Below, piece after piece: positions 13,168 through 28,110 of a stretch of 64,000 nt of DNA (within the stretch, counting starts at the first letter, position 1; each line of letters begins with the position of its first letter). The stretch spans positions 37,076,001-37,140,000 of the forward strand of contig NC_073393.1 in assembly GCF_028641065.1 (NCBI RefSeq), written 5' to 3'. Source of the DNA: Leucoraja erinacea. Taxonomy: Eukaryota. Made by a program: the position numbers and the translations under genes. The notes under the pieces are model-generated. The model saw nothing but the letters and a program-made list of their open reading frames with translations. It searched no databases and was not told the DNA's origin.

Positions 13168-13730
13168 GTTGTATAGGGCTCTGGTAAGACCACATCTGGC
13201 ATTTTATGTACAGTTTTGGTCTCCTAATTTGAGGAAGGACATCCTTGTGATTGAGGCAGTGCAGCGTAGGTTCACGAGATTGATCCCTGGGATGGCGGGA
13301 CTGTCATATGAGGAAAGATTGAAAAGACTAGGCTTGTATTCACTGGTGTTTAGAAGGATGAGGGGATACTTACAGAAACATATAAATTTATAAAAGGACT
13401 AGACAAGCTAGATGCAGGAAAAATGTTCCCAATGTTGAGCGGGTCCAGGACCAGGGGCCACAGTCTTAGAATAAAGGGGAGACTGAGTTGAGAAAAAAAC
13501 ATTTTAACCCAGAGAGTTGTGAATTTGTGGAATTCCTTGCCACAGAGGATCACTGGATGGATTGAAGAGAGAGTTAGATAGAGCTCTAAGGGCTAGTGGA
13601 ATCAAGGGATATGGGGAGAAGGCAGGCACGGGTTATTGATTGGGGACAATCAGCCATGATCACAATGAATGGCGGCGCTGGCTCGAAGGGCCGAATGGCC
13701 TCCTCCTGCACCTATTTTCAATGTTTCTAT
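13168..13730 (+). mobile_element. CR1 LINE 3' fragment
   Basis: [20 protein letters not shown] peptide plus 3' UTR. Confidence 0.9.
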
Positions 13731-13933
13731 CCATAAGATGTGGGAGCAAACCAGGTCAACTGGGGGAATCCACATTGTCAAAGGGAGGGCATATTAACAT
13801 CACTCAGCCATCACCAGAGGCCAGAATCAAACCCGGGTCATTGGAGGATCAGGTATCAAATGAAATGATCGGATTAAAAGTCTTAATTAAAAAATAATTG
13901 CGATTAAAAAAAAATCTGAAGATTATAATCTTA

Positions 13934-14146
<213 letters not shown>

Positions 14147-14190
14147 TTAAACAAAGGATACTGGTAACCACACATATTCAATGAAGGCTT

Positions 14191-15058
14191 AGACAATAGA
14201 CTATAGGTGCAGGAGTATGCCATTCGGCCCAGCACCGCCATTCAATGTGATCATGGCTCATCATCCCCAATCAGTACCCCGTTCCAGCCTTCTCCCCATA
14301 TCCATTGGCTATCTTTAAGAGCTCTGTCTAGCTCTCTCTTGAAAGTATCCAGAGAAACGGCCTCCACCGCCCTCTGAGGCAGAGAATTCCACAGACTGAC
14401 AACTCTCTGTGTGAAAACGTTTTTCCTCATCTCCATTGTAAATGGGTTACCCCTTATTCTTAAACTGTGACCCCTGGTTCTGGACTCCCCCAACATCGGG
14501 AACACGTTTCCTGCCTCTAGTGTCCAAACCCTTAATAATCCTATATGTTTCAATAAGATGCCCTCTCATCCTTCTAAATTCCAGAGTATACAAGCCCAGC
14601 CGCTCCAATCTATCAACATATGACAGTCCCGCCATCCCGGGAATTAACCTGGTGAACCTATGCTGCACTCCCTCAATAGCAATAATGTCCTTCCTCAAAT
14701 TGGGAGACAAAAACTGCACACAATACCCCAGATGTGGTCCCACTAGGGCCCTGTACAACTGCAGAAGGACCTCTTTGCTCCTATGCTCAACTCCCCTTTG
14801 ATATGAAGGCCAATGTGCCATTTGCTTTCTTCACTGCCTGATGTGCCTACATGCTTACTTTCATTGACTGATGAACAAGGACCCCCAGATCCCATTGTAC
14901 TTCCCCTTTTCCCAACTTGACACATTTTAGATAATAATCTGCCTTCCTGTTTTTGCTACCAAAGTGGATAACCTCACATTTATCCACATTAAACTGCATC
15001 TGCCCACTCACCCTGCATTCTTATAGCATCCTCTTCACAGTTCACACAGCCACCCTGC
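14191..15058 (-). mobile_element. CR1 LINE 3' fragment
   Basis: LQLYRALVGPHLGYCVQFLSPNLRKD peptide plus 3' UTR on the minus strand. Confidence 0.9.
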
Positions 15059-15799
15059 CTTCTTATACATAGCAAGTATTATTATCATCACAAGTTAGGT
15101 GACCAGAATGAATGAAAGATCTGTTATCGTTACCAGATGATGGGGTCAGTTGAAGCCCCACTTGCTGATGTTTTAACTTGTGTGTCATTATAATGATGTT
15201 ATTTAAATCAAAACCAATTACAAACAAAATTAGAAAATGCTGGAAAAAAACATAGGTCAGGCAGCATCTGCGGAAAAACAACGTTAACATCAGAATTGTT
15301 TATTTTTCAACCAAGGTTGTCTAACCTGCTGAGCTTTCCCAGCATATTCTCCTTTCATTTCAGATTTCCAGCAGTTTAATTTATTTTCAAGCTTAATTAT
15401 AAATCTGACTTTATGTAGCTGAATGTTAATATCTGATTTAGGATAGTAAAATTAAGGTCAGTCTTAAGTCAGGATATGGTATTCAGTAGTAATTCCCTTT
15501 AACTAAACAGCAATAGAAAAATAAGTTCACAATTCCTAAATGTTGATTTTCATTTTAATTTAGTTGTACCTAAGTGGATTAAAAATCTGTTCTAGTCAGA
15601 ATTATGTTCCCAACCTTACGAATAATGGCAGTAACACTTACATTACTGCATTCCAAAGGTAGTTCTTTGGTACGAAGTGTTGAAATATCCTGGGGTTATG
15701 AAAATACCCAAGTAAATTTACAGTGCTATGAGACAAAGTTCGAAAGAAAAATAAAGAAATATTGCTATAAAAGAGTAATATCATTTTGTTCTACTTTAC

Positions 15800-16027
15800 A
15801 GAGACGCGGGTTCAATTCCGACTACGGGTGCTGTCTGTACGGAGTTTGTACGTTCTCCCCGTGACCTCCAAGTTTCTTCCCACACTCCAAAGATGTACAG
15901 GTTTGTAGGTTAATTGGCTCGGTATAAATGTAAATTGTCCCTAGTGTGTGTAGGACAGTGTTAATGTGCAGACTCGGTGGGTCAAAGGGCCTGTTACGAC
16001 TCTGTATCTCTAAAACTAAAACTAAAC
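15800..16027 (+). mobile_element. tRNA-derived V-SINE (HE1-like)
   Basis: B-box-like gggttcaattcc, V-domain-like tgtacggagtttgtacgttctccccgtgacc..cccacactccaaagatgtacaggtt, CR1-like 3' tail and (CTAAA)n. Confidence 0.75.
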
Positions 16028-16604
16028 CCTCAGGAAAAAAAAAGATTTCTGTAGTGATTCCGTTTTTAGTATATACGGGGGTCAAATGGCAAAGCAAATC
16101 AATAACAGAATGGGAAAGGACTAAACTCAATTTCCACTAGAAGATGGTGTGTATGGTAATTAAACAACAATTTTGACCTCCACCTGACAAATCCACACTG
16201 GCATCTTTAATTTGCTTAAATACAGTTTTCATAGTGCTTAATCTGTTGTAATACTGATATGGTGATTGAGTGTAGTTTAAAAATAAAGAATGACATTCAT
16301 TTATCTTTCTTTCTGGATAGTGTTTAGTTTGGCTGCACATTAGAAAACACTAAACAAACTATTCAACATTACTCCTGTGACCTGGGAAATTGAGCAAACG
16401 CCAGTTTATGTACGAAGCAATCACTCTGTGCAAGGGCTTAAAAGATGTAAGCTTCATTTATGTTTGCAGCCTGGGAAAATGAGTAAAATAGTTGAACAAT
16501 TTAATTTTCCAATTTTCCCAATAACAAGAGATACAGACACATATTAATGGCATGGTAAGCTTGCTCTGGTGACCTTTAAATACAGATCACCAGCAGTTGC
16601 TCTA

Positions 16605-16898
<294 letters not shown>

Positions 16899-19169
16899 TT
16901 ATTACAAAATGACAACGTTTTAGTATTATTTGTGCATAACTACATATAGAACTATTAAGTTTGCTACAATTTATACATCAATCATTATTTAGTTGAAAAG
17001 TGACGGAAGGGATTTCATGACTAGTAGTGTTGGCTATTGAAATGAGACATGTTGATCTGGTGACATGGAACTTAAAATCACAAGCAGAGGAAATACTGGG
17101 AAAATCCTCATTGATTAGCAATTAATCTTGAATGGTTAAAGATGAAAGAACAGGATTTCAAAGAACAAAAACATATTAAGATAGTTCAACCAGTGAAAAA
17201 ATAGCAATATATTATTAGGAACTGATCTGCTGAGGGGTATTGACAATACATTAAAATACTTGCCGTTGGTTTGGAACAGAACATGAAAGTAAATACAAAT
17301 AATTATTTAGGTGTAAGTGGGAGAGGTAGAAGTGATGGGAAGCGGACCTACTTTATAAAAGCAATGTTTAATAATGTAGAACAAATGACGAGGGAATACC
17401 ACTACATTTACTTGTAAAAATCATTTAATGCAAATACATCAGTGAAAGAAACAGATGGATAAGCCCTATTTGTGCCATTAAAAGTGAAAAGAAGCACAGA
17501 TGTTCACTGTTACTGAGGGTGGTGGGCTGAAATTCCCTGTGCATTTGCACATAGATATACATCATAATGGGAACCGTAAAAACTGATCTACCTCCTCCAA
17601 GTTTTTCTCCAGTTGCAAAATCATGTGGAAAGCTGGGCACGTATCAATATTAGGTACTTCAAATTTCCACTTCAAATGGAAATTATGCATGCATTCAATG
17701 ATTTTTTAACGTACTCTTTGTTTATGCTAATTATTCTGGTTTGCCGCTCTGCAGAAGATTCCAGCCTTGTTTATTCATTCTTAGGTACAATAATGTTGCA
17801 CTGAAATGTTTTAAAATTGGACCATGTCTGTATTTTTTTTTACACTTTAGAAATGAAGCATTTAGAAATGAAGCATCAATTTTAATCTGAATTACGTTTT
17901 TAAAAATGGTTGAAAATCTAATAGTGACAAGTTAATAACACATACCTAAATAACTGGTATATTAAATCATGTTATATAGTCATGCCTGTATCTTTCATTT
18001 TAATCAAAGCACTCCAATCTTTTTCTATGCAAAAGTTTGCCGTAGAGAGAAAAACAAAAATTACCAAAATGGAAAGATCCTTTATCTGTGGAATGCTGTT
18101 ATTTCTTGGGTGTATATTTAAAATCGTGGATTTTTATTATTTACAAATTAAGATATCAATTATGCTTCATGTATTTATAGTGCAAGAATGCTACGCTGAA
18201 TTCCAAAGAATTAGCAATTATTCCAAGCAAAGAGTTCCAGCTGAACTGAATTTAAGATCTGATGATACAACACAAATGCAGATCTAAATTGAAAGGTCAT
18301 TGGGTAGTTTGTACTGTTGGTGAGTGAAAAACCAAGGAGGCAAAGGAAGCTAATCGTGTGATATATTTTAAACTAACCAGTATTACATTAAGACTTTCTA
18401 AATGTTATAGTAGCCGTTGTCAACTTTCAATGCCCAACAAGTAGAAAGTTCTGATCTAATATGCAAAATGAAAAGCAAGAACAGGTCATCAAATAGTAAT
18501 AAACAACACAAATTCATTGATTAGTGAAACCACCTTCACCAATAATAATTCCAGGTGGATGTAAATGACCCATGGGAGAATACTTCGTACTCCATCCAAT
18601 ATTCAAAGAGAATTAAACAGATTTCAAGAGAAGAAAATTGGCGATAGTATATCAGAGACTATCTTCACCCCTTTTCACCGGCCACCAAGAGCACTGTATA
18701 TACAAACTGATAGTGTTGGTCCATTAGGCAGATGCCAAGGGCTACATACCACTTATTCTTTGGTGCAAGATGTTTTTCACTGTCACTATTCATGTTTAAT
18801 GATATTAATATGCACAATTTTCTGACTCTCTTCTTGAACGTTTAACCACAGAAAATGATGAATAAGATATGTGTAAGATGGAACTGCAGATGCTGGTTTA
18901 AACTGAAGATAGACACATTGTCCTGCTGAGTTACTCCAGCTTTTTGTGTCTATGAATAAGATATGGTTTGACACAAAATACTGGAGTAACTCAGCATGTG
19001 GTTGTTTTCTTCAGAATTGAAGAGATTGAGGAGAATCTTAATTAAGGAGTTTGAGGAGGCTGGATATCCACTTAACAAAATATCTTCTGCCTTTATTTCT
19101 AATAACTTACTCTGTGCTCTTATTCCATATCAATGTTCATACCAATCGTTCTCTCCACTCAACAGTGTA

Positions 19170-19940
19170 ATAAAAATAACAAATGTGGAAACACACAGCA
19201 GGTCAGACAACATCAGTGCAAAGAGAAATGGAGTTAACTTTCCAGCCTCAAAGATCCTTTGTCCGAACTGGGAAAGTGAAAACAAGCATGTGCTAGGTTG
19301 CAGGGAACTTGTAAAGGGATGGATAGGATAAACGCAATATTTGTGATCGGATAAGGATAGGATTGTAATGGGTGATCCGCTCAATTGATTAATGGGGCAG
19401 TTAGAGAAGAAACATAAAAGGTAAAGGCGCAATTTACAAATGAAGGAACATAAATGTTGCAAAATGCAGGGCCGCAGAACATACCCAGCAAATCCATCAC
19501 TTTTTCTCTATCTTTCCCTTTCAGCATTTTGCAGGGACCATTTCTGTTGTGTAGTCAGCTCTTCTGTCTCCACCACCTCCACTTCTGATGGCATTTTCCC
19601 CATGTCTTTGCAGAAGAGATGCCACACCTCTCCACAACCTGGTCCCAAGCAACCCTTCCAGCTGAAGTAGGGATTCTCCTGCACCTGTTCCAAACCACGG
19701 TGGTGGATCTGGTATTCACATCTGGTCTCCACTGCAGAAACTACATTTCATGGGCTTCCTTTGTTTAGTCTGAAAGGGTGTCCCTGACTTTCCTGTTGCC
19801 CTGCACTTTGATTCTCCATCACACTCCCATGTTGGCCTGTCTGTGATCACCTGCACTGTTATAATGAGAGCCAACAGTATTTCATTTCTCACCTGTCTGG
19901 CCAAGTTGTGGCCTTTCTAGAATCTGCAGTATTTTTTTTA
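19170..19940. mobile_element. Old PLE fragments in inverted arrangement
   Basis: Degenerate terminal repeat at 19170-19330, then plus-strand GIY-YIG region remnant (19630-19910) similar to the reverse complement of 55300-55700. Confidence 0.55.
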
Positions 19941-20102
19941 GTTTCAATCAAAATTTTCCGTTATATGAAAGGGACGGTTAATAATAAAAATTAAAGCAAA
20001 ATAATAAAAATCTTAAATTTCATTTGCATTCCAATCGATAGATCTGAAATCACCAATGAAATCAATTGCGTTTCAGATCTTTTCAGATCTTGTATTGGAA
20101 GA

Positions 20103-20390
20103 ATGGGGGGGGGGGATTTCATTGAAACATACAGAATAGTGAAAGGCTTGGATAGAGTGGATGTGGAGAGGATGTTTCCACTGACTTGGCCTCCACAGCC
20201 TTCTGTGGAGGCCAAGTCAGTGGATATTTTTAAGGTAGAGATCAACATATTCTTGATCAGTACATGTATCAGAGGTTATGGGGAGAAGGCAGGAGAATGG
20301 GGTTAGGAGGGAGAGATAGATCAGCCATGATTGAATGAGGGAGTAGATTTGATGGGCCGAATGTCCCAATTCTACTCCTCCTATTCCTAT
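20103..20390 (+). mobile_element. CR1 3' fragment
   Basis: GDFIETYRIVKGLDRVDVERMFPL plus 3' UTR. Confidence 0.85.
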
Positions 20391-20548
20391 GTACGTCAAA
20401 TTAGTTCCTGAAAATGCATTCATAAGAAATAAGTGCATTAGTCTTATTGGGTGCTTTCTTTAAAGCCTGTTTGCTATGGAAGCTATTAAAACAAATATTT
20501 GCTTTTGAGATGCGATCACTTGGTTTCCATTGCATTAATCTTACATTA

Positions 20549-20728
<180 letters not shown>

Positions 20729-20925
20729 TTATTTTTGTGAACATCTGATAGTGACTGAACCAAATGGCATTTGTAAATTTTAAACTCTGACAACTAATGG
20801 GTCCTGGCAGCAATGGATTGAAAAAAATACTTCAATTCAACAAATTTTCCATTTTTATCGTAATTTTTTATTAATGCATTTTAGGTGGGAATACAGGACA
20901 AGATTGACATGCAAAGACATTATAA

Positions 20926-23023
20926 ATCATATAACCATATGACAATTACAGCACGGAAACAGGCCATCTCGACCCTTCTAGTCCGTGCCGAACACGTATT
21001 CTCCCCTAGTCCCATATACCTGCGCTCAGACCATAACCCTCCATTCCTTTCCCATCCATATAATTATCCAATTTATTTTTAAATGATAAAAACGAACCTG
21101 CCTCCACCACCTTCACTGGAAGCTCATTCCACACAGCCACCACTCACTGAGTAAAGAAGTTCCCCCTCATGTTACCCCTAAATGTCTGTCCCTTAATTCT
21201 CAAGTCATGTCCCCTTGTTTGAATCTTCCCTACTCTCAGTGGGAAAAGCTTATCCACGTCAACTCTGTCTATCCCTCTCATCATTTTAAAGACCTTTATC
21301 AAGTCCCCCCTTAACCTTCTGCGCTCCAAAGAATAAAGCCCTAACTTGTTCAACCTTTCTCTGTAACTTAATTGCTGAAACCCAGGCAACATTCTAGTAA
21401 ATCTCCTCCGTACTCTCTCTATTTTGTTGACATCCTTCCTATAATTAGACAACCAAAATTGTACACCATACTCCAGAATTGGCCTCACCAATGCCTTGTA
21501 CAATTTTAACATTACATCCCAACTTCTATACTCAATGTGGGTTTCGGCCCGAAACGTCACCTATTTCCTTCGCTCCTCAGATGCTGCTGCACACGCTGAG
21601 TTTCTCCAGCATTTTTGTGTACCTTCCATACTCAATGCTCTGATTTATAAAGGCCAGCACACCAAAAGCTTTCTTTACCACCCTATCTCCATGAGATTCC
21701 ACTTTCAGGGAACTGTGCACAGTTATTCCCAGATCCCCCTGTTCACCTGCATTCTTCAATTCCCTACCATTTACCATGTACGTCCTATTTTGATTTGTCC
21801 TGCTAAGATGTAGCACCTCACACTTATCATTAAACTCTATCTGCCATATTTTAGCCCACTCTTCCAACTGGCATAAATCTCCCTGTATACTTTGAAAATC
21901 TACTTCATTATCCACAACCCCACCTATCTTAGTATCATCTGCATACTTACTAATTCAATTTACCACACCATCATCCAGATCATTCAAGTACATGACAAAC
22001 AACAGTGGACCCAACACAGATCCCTGTGGCACCCCACTATTCACTGGCCTCCAACCTGACAAACAACCATCCACCATTACTCTCTGGCATCTCCCATTCA
22101 GCCACTGTTGAATCCATCTTGCTACTCCACCATTAATACCCAACAATTGAACCTTCTTAACCAACCTTCCGTGAGGAACCTTGTCAAAGGCCTCACTGAA
22201 GTCCATATATACAACATCCACTGCTTTACCCTCATCAATTTTCCGAGTAACCTCTTCAAAAAATTCAAGAAGATTAGTCAAACATGACCTTCCAGGCACA
22301 AATCCATGTTGACTGTTCCTAATCAGACCCTGTTTATCCAGATGCTTATATATATTATCTCCAAGTATCTTTTCCATTAATTTGCCCACCACTGACGTCA
22401 AACTAACAGGTCTATAATTGCTAGGTTTACTCTTAGACCTCTTTTTAAACAATGGAACAACATGCGCAGTACGCCAATCCTCCGGCACTATTCCGGTTTC
22501 CAATGACATTTGAAATATTTCTGTCATAGCCCCTGCTATTTCTACACTAACTTCCCTCAATGTCCTAGGGAATATCCTGTCCCCCACTTTTATACTTCTC
22601 AAAAGTGTCAGTACTTTCTCTTCTTTGAATCTCATAGTTTCCATAGCTACTCTACTTGTTTCCCTTACCTCACATAATTCAATATCCTTCTCCTTGATGA
22701 ATACCGAAGAAAAGAAATTGTTCAATATCTCCCCCATCTCTTTTGGCTCTGCAGATAGCTGTCCACTCTGACTCTCTAATGGACCAATTTTATCCCTCGT
22801 TATCCTTTTGCTATTAATATAGTTGTAGAAACCCTTTGGATTTACTTTCACCTTACTTGCCAAAGCAACCTCATATCTTCTTTTAGCTTTTCTAATTTCT
22901 TTCTTAAGATTCGTTTTACATTCTTTATACTCCTCAAGCACCTAATTTACTCCATGCTGCCTATAATTATTGTAGATCTCTCTCTTTTTCCAAACCAAGT
23001 GTCCAATTTCCCTTGAAAACCAT
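20926..23023 (-). mobile_element. Young CR1 LINE, 5'-truncated, ~2.1 kb (RT domain)
   Basis: 328-aa ORF with [34 protein letters not shown]; highly similar to 50350-52360. Confidence 0.95.
21538..21627 (+). mobile_element. 90-bp PLE terminal-repeat fragment inserted into CR1 with a 10-bp target-site duplication
   Basis: ATACTCAATG at 21528-21537 and 21628-21637; the CR1 at ~51750 lacks the insert. Confidence 0.9.
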
Positions 23024-24019
23024 GATCGCGATGTTTTATTCTAATCTGTCAGAGGTAGGTATAGTAACCATGTTTATGAGAATGCAGGAGATGTAGGTGG
23101 TGGGTAGATGTCGGGACAGCATAACAGAAGAAACAACCACAAGGATGGACATGGCACCTGTGAGCAGTGCTGGGTTTAGATGAAGAGAAGCCCTAGGCTA
23201 TTCCACTTGTGAGGCCCCTCCCAAACCCCCACCCCCACAACTAGATGAAGATGGAAGAGTGTTTTAAGTAATTTGCGTAGTTCAAAACAACTTCCTAGTT
23301 CAAATATCTTTGCAGTTTCCAACTTACCCCTGAGTTTTGACTTTAGAAGCCTGCAAATATCCAAAGATGTTCCCTGCACCTGCCATCACTGCTTATTGGA
23401 GCACATGTGAAAGATTGACGGACCCCGGTGCCATCAGATTGACACCGATGTGCAGCCGAGCGTGGCCAATGAGATAAGGGGCTGGAAAGCTGCACTTTTT
23501 AAAAATGTATTTATTGCCAGTGCTAGTGTCGAGTTATCGGCTTAAAACAGTATTATTCTGAAATGCAGGGCAAGGAAAATTACTGAAGGGTTGTTTAGAG
23601 ACCACAGTGTGGTGTGACAGCATATGTAAGAAAGGCCTCTGACAGTCAAAAATATCATACACCTTGACCGGAGGCCCCCTAGATTTTGTGGCCCTAGGCT
23701 TGTGAACTGATCTGTGATGAGCGTGTGAGGCCAGCATCATCCATGAAAACCCTGCTAATTTACTATTTACATTATAATTTGGCAATTTGCGGGTGGTATA
23801 ATTTTTAGCTCTTCCTAGCATCTCGTATTATTTTTATAATGAATATATTTTTCTTTCAACTGTAATACAAAACATTTAATGAATAACTGATGGTTAACTA
23901 GAAAAGGTAGCAGGTAATAAAGGTGTACATGGCATGGAGAAACTGATAAAAGTCTGATTTTGTGACTTTGGTATATAATATATATATTAAAAAAATAATA
24001 ATTTTCCCTCAGTGCGCTA

Positions 24020-24274
<255 letters not shown>

Positions 24275-24499
24275 CTACTGTCTTCCTCAATACTGTGATG
24301 TTCTTGCTTCCTGAAACAATTACAAATTTATGCATCACCGTAAAAATTCCATCTCCAAATAGTAACAGCAAAATACAGACAGAAACACAAAATTATAACA
24401 ATTTCAGTAATTTAAATGCTAGATTAATCAATTTATAAATAATTTTACAATCAACGAGACTGTTTGCTCAAATAATAGTTTTGAATGAACAAATAATTA

Positions 24500-24634
<135 letters not shown>

Positions 24635-25559
24635 CTAAGACAAAACAAAACAAAAACTTTCAAAATGTTTCATAATACTGCTCATAGAAAGTTCTGAAAA
24701 GACCTAAAGTGGTGTCCACAGGACCGATAAAGAATAACTGCAAAGAAGATCCCAAGTGATTTCATAATCCTTGAAATTCCCTTATGCAACAATCAAAGCA
24801 CACTATCTTAACCCTTATTATCCAAGGTAAACAGATCATCGGAAACTTGTGATGGAATATCATATCCAACAACTTCAGTTTAATACTCTGAAGATGTGGA
24901 ATTGCAAAAGGCATTTGATGAGGATCCTCGTAAGAAATAACAAAAATTAAGGAGCACGGAATACTCTGACAATGTAGACAGTGGTGTGATCGAAATGGCA
25001 ATAGTTAGATAGAGTTGAATGTCAGCTAGTGATTACCGATGAAATAGTTGAATCGGAGTATTTATACGTGAAAATGGAGGAGACCAAAGAGATGTTATTA
25101 AAATACACCAGAGGTAACTGTAGAGTCAGTAATAAAAGTAATTGTAGGTCGTTGTCTGAATAAAATTAAATAGATAAGGAATTGAGATCCGTAAAAATTA
25201 TCTTTGTATATGAATTGCCAAGAGGAGTCTTATACGATCACAATGATCATAAATGCTACATTAATAACATACACATGACATATACTTTAATTTATATTTC
25301 AAAATACATGGTATGGGAGATTAAATGAGTACATGAGTAAGTGAGATCAACCATAATAATAATTAGTCACATGTATATGTGGGAAGGAACTGCAGATGCT
25401 GGCTTACACTGAAACGCTGAAGTAACTCAGCAGGTCAGGCAGCATCTCAGTCACAAGTCAAAGTCACATCATAGTCACAGATCGATGAGGGTTGGCAAAA
25501 TAAATATCCAGTCCTCTTTCAGTGCAATTATAGTGAGCATGCTGCACGTTACTTTTGCG

Positions 25560-25925
25560 TAAATGATGGCTCAATAGTATTATCTCACCTTACGTCAAAG
25601 GGTGTGGGTTCAAACCACGCTCAAGATCTTGATAAATAATCTATTCTGGCTCTTCAATGCAATAAGGTGTGAATGTAATTTTGCTAACTCACTTTGTGAA
25701 CCAAAATAATGAATGGCTTTATCTAAAGAAGAGCCAAAGGATAATCGCAGGGTCCTATATTAAGTCATTCAAACTATTTAATTACTAACAAAATCAATAT
25801 TACCGTAGCACTTTGCAGAGCAAAAAATCATTTCCAAACATTACAACAGTGCTGCAAAAGTCTGATTGGTTGCAAAATACCATGGGGTGTTTCTTAAGTC
25901 ATAAAAGGCACTACATAGGGTCTTC
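25560..25925 (+). mobile_element. Degenerate Deu-domain SINE (SacSINE1/AmnSINE1-like)
   Basis: B-box-like gtgggttcaaacc, aagaagagc core and 3' taaaaggcactacata; resembles the reverse complement of 41055-41385. Confidence 0.45.
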
Positions 25926-26074
25926 ATTCCTGGAGTGTCTAAGAGGTCCATTTTATAGTAAAGCAACCTTTATGTTACAAATATATCAAAATGTGCAAGT
26001 TGTACTTTTAAAAAAGAAATTCCATACAGTGTTTAAAGTATAGACATGTATGAGCACCAGATATTAGATACTTA

Positions 26075-26290
<216 letters not shown>

Positions 26291-27309
26291 TCAACCAAAA
26301 ACGTGTTAAAATAGAACACACTTTAATATTTAAATTTTACAATTCATAATTTGCATTCATAGATTTTTTACCACCCCAATTATTCATTCTACATGCAAGA
26401 AATAACAGCTCGCTATTATTTTGTATACATACAGTTGGAGGCAAAGCTTCATTTCACCTTGTCTGACTCTTTACTCAGAACTAATGACTTGTTGATATGG
26501 CAGCAATTCTAATACATTTCTCCAGTAATTGCTGCAACTGAGGTGCAATATAGTAAAGACATTTTGAAAACAATGTTGATTTTTCCAATACAACTAAATT
26601 ATTCACATAAACCATTTTCTGTAATAATTAAAAATAAAAGCTCATAACATCTTTCCATGCTCCCATAAGTAAAACCAATTTCACACCTGCCAGTGAATAG
26701 CAAGCTCCAAAGTTCCAAATATGTAAATGCTCGGCAAAATTTCTCGTCTGCGTTAAGCCCAGATCTGTCTTTAGCATAGAAGAATACTCGTATTCAACTC
26801 ATGGAGTCAGAGAGAGATGCAGCATGCAATCATTCCTTCAACCCACCAAGCCTGTACCATCAATCACCCATGTGCACTAATTCTTCATTAACCACCTTCT
26901 CTTTATATTGTACCAAATCCCAATATGAAATTTTGGGGCATCCTTCAGTTAAATATGATTTAATAAATAAGATACGATGAGTTTGTGCTATGGCTCCACA
27001 CACAGAGGGATCGGGTGTTTTAAGTAATCCTATGTAGAACCAACAAACAGATTCTCATGGGAACAGTGTGGCCTGTTAGTCACTTTAGAACTCAGAATCG
27101 TCTACTTGCTTGTGAATTAATTACCATTGCATATATTTTATTTAAATCGATGCATGTTTAAAATAGATGATTAACTTAATTGCTATGCCTAAATATCTGT
27201 TTATTTGTGTGGGAATCTCTAACAATTGCCCAAAATGGTCACATTCGCAATCTCAAACAAATTATTGGATGGAATGTGCCCCTTTCTCCAAGGAAAAGAA
27301 AGAACAGAG

Positions 27310-27630
27310 ATTAGACTGAAGATAGACACAAAATGCTGGAGTAACTCAGCGGGACAGGCAGTATCACTGGAGAGAAGGAATGGGTAATGTTTTGGGTCAA
27401 AACCCTTCTTCAGACTGTCAGGGGAGGGGGAGGTGGAGATACAGAGATAAGACAGTGTAAGATGTGAGAAGGAGACAACAAAGGGGTGGAGATCAAGGAA
27501 AATGTAGAATAGATCATTGTTAGCAAGGAGCAGGTAACAACAAAGCAAACAGATAAAATGTAATCAGGGATAGTCAGACTGGTCGGAGAACTGGGAAGAG
27601 GGCAGGGATGGAGTGAGAGGGAGAGCAAGA
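27310..27630 (-). mobile_element. PLE 3' terminal fragment (degenerate hammerhead at 27383-27416)
   Basis: Family sequence plus purine-rich tract as at 1-330 and 55081-55320. Confidence 0.75.
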
Positions 27631-28019
27631 TTAGACTGCTCTGTAGATGCTGTAAGAATGTCAATATCGTGGCACAAACTGAGATAAAGAAGTAGTCACC
27701 TTACAGGCTGTGATAGGCAAATAATCTGATTAAGGCAAAATGCAAAGCTACAAGGGGAGAACATGATTACTTTCCATTTTCCAGGGGATTAGCAAAAGAA
27801 TAGAAACTGGTTTGTTTGTAACAATAATTGTTTTTACTCGTTAATCTGATATTATTGTTAAATATTAAATGTTCCATCCTGATGATTTCCTGTAAGGATC
27901 AATACTTCACATTACTGTCAATAAAACACAGTCACAACTAATATGTGGAGTACAGTTACTTCAAAGGAACAATGAAAAGCAACAGCAAAAATACAAGTGA
28001 GTTCCACGGATGAAGGAAG

Positions 28020-28110
28020 ATTCTCAGCAACCTGTCCGTGGTTCTACCCTGTGGTAGAACAGCATGACGTAACCTACCATAGGGTAAAACCACTGGTAGG
28101 TCACAGAGAA
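28020..28110 (-). ncRNA. MIR140: microRNA precursor mir-140 (5p at 28074-28095, 3p at ~28034-28056)
   Basis: Minus strand reads CAGTGGTTTTACCCTATGGTAG-GTTACGTCATGCTGTTC-TACCACAGGGTAGAACCACGGAC, matching vertebrate miR-140-5p, loop and 3p. Extended lower stem (TTCTC/GAGAA, GTGACCT/AGGTTGC). Same strand and inside an intron of WWP2, its known host. Confidence 0.98.

Noticed and set aside
15800-15830. tRNA-like B-box
   Set aside because: Part of a SINE head; no cloverleaf can be built.
21955-22941. 328-aa RT ORF as an autonomous or domesticated gene
   Set aside because: 5'-truncated CR1 without endonuclease, with a stop and frameshifts and an insertion downstream; ordinary young repeat.
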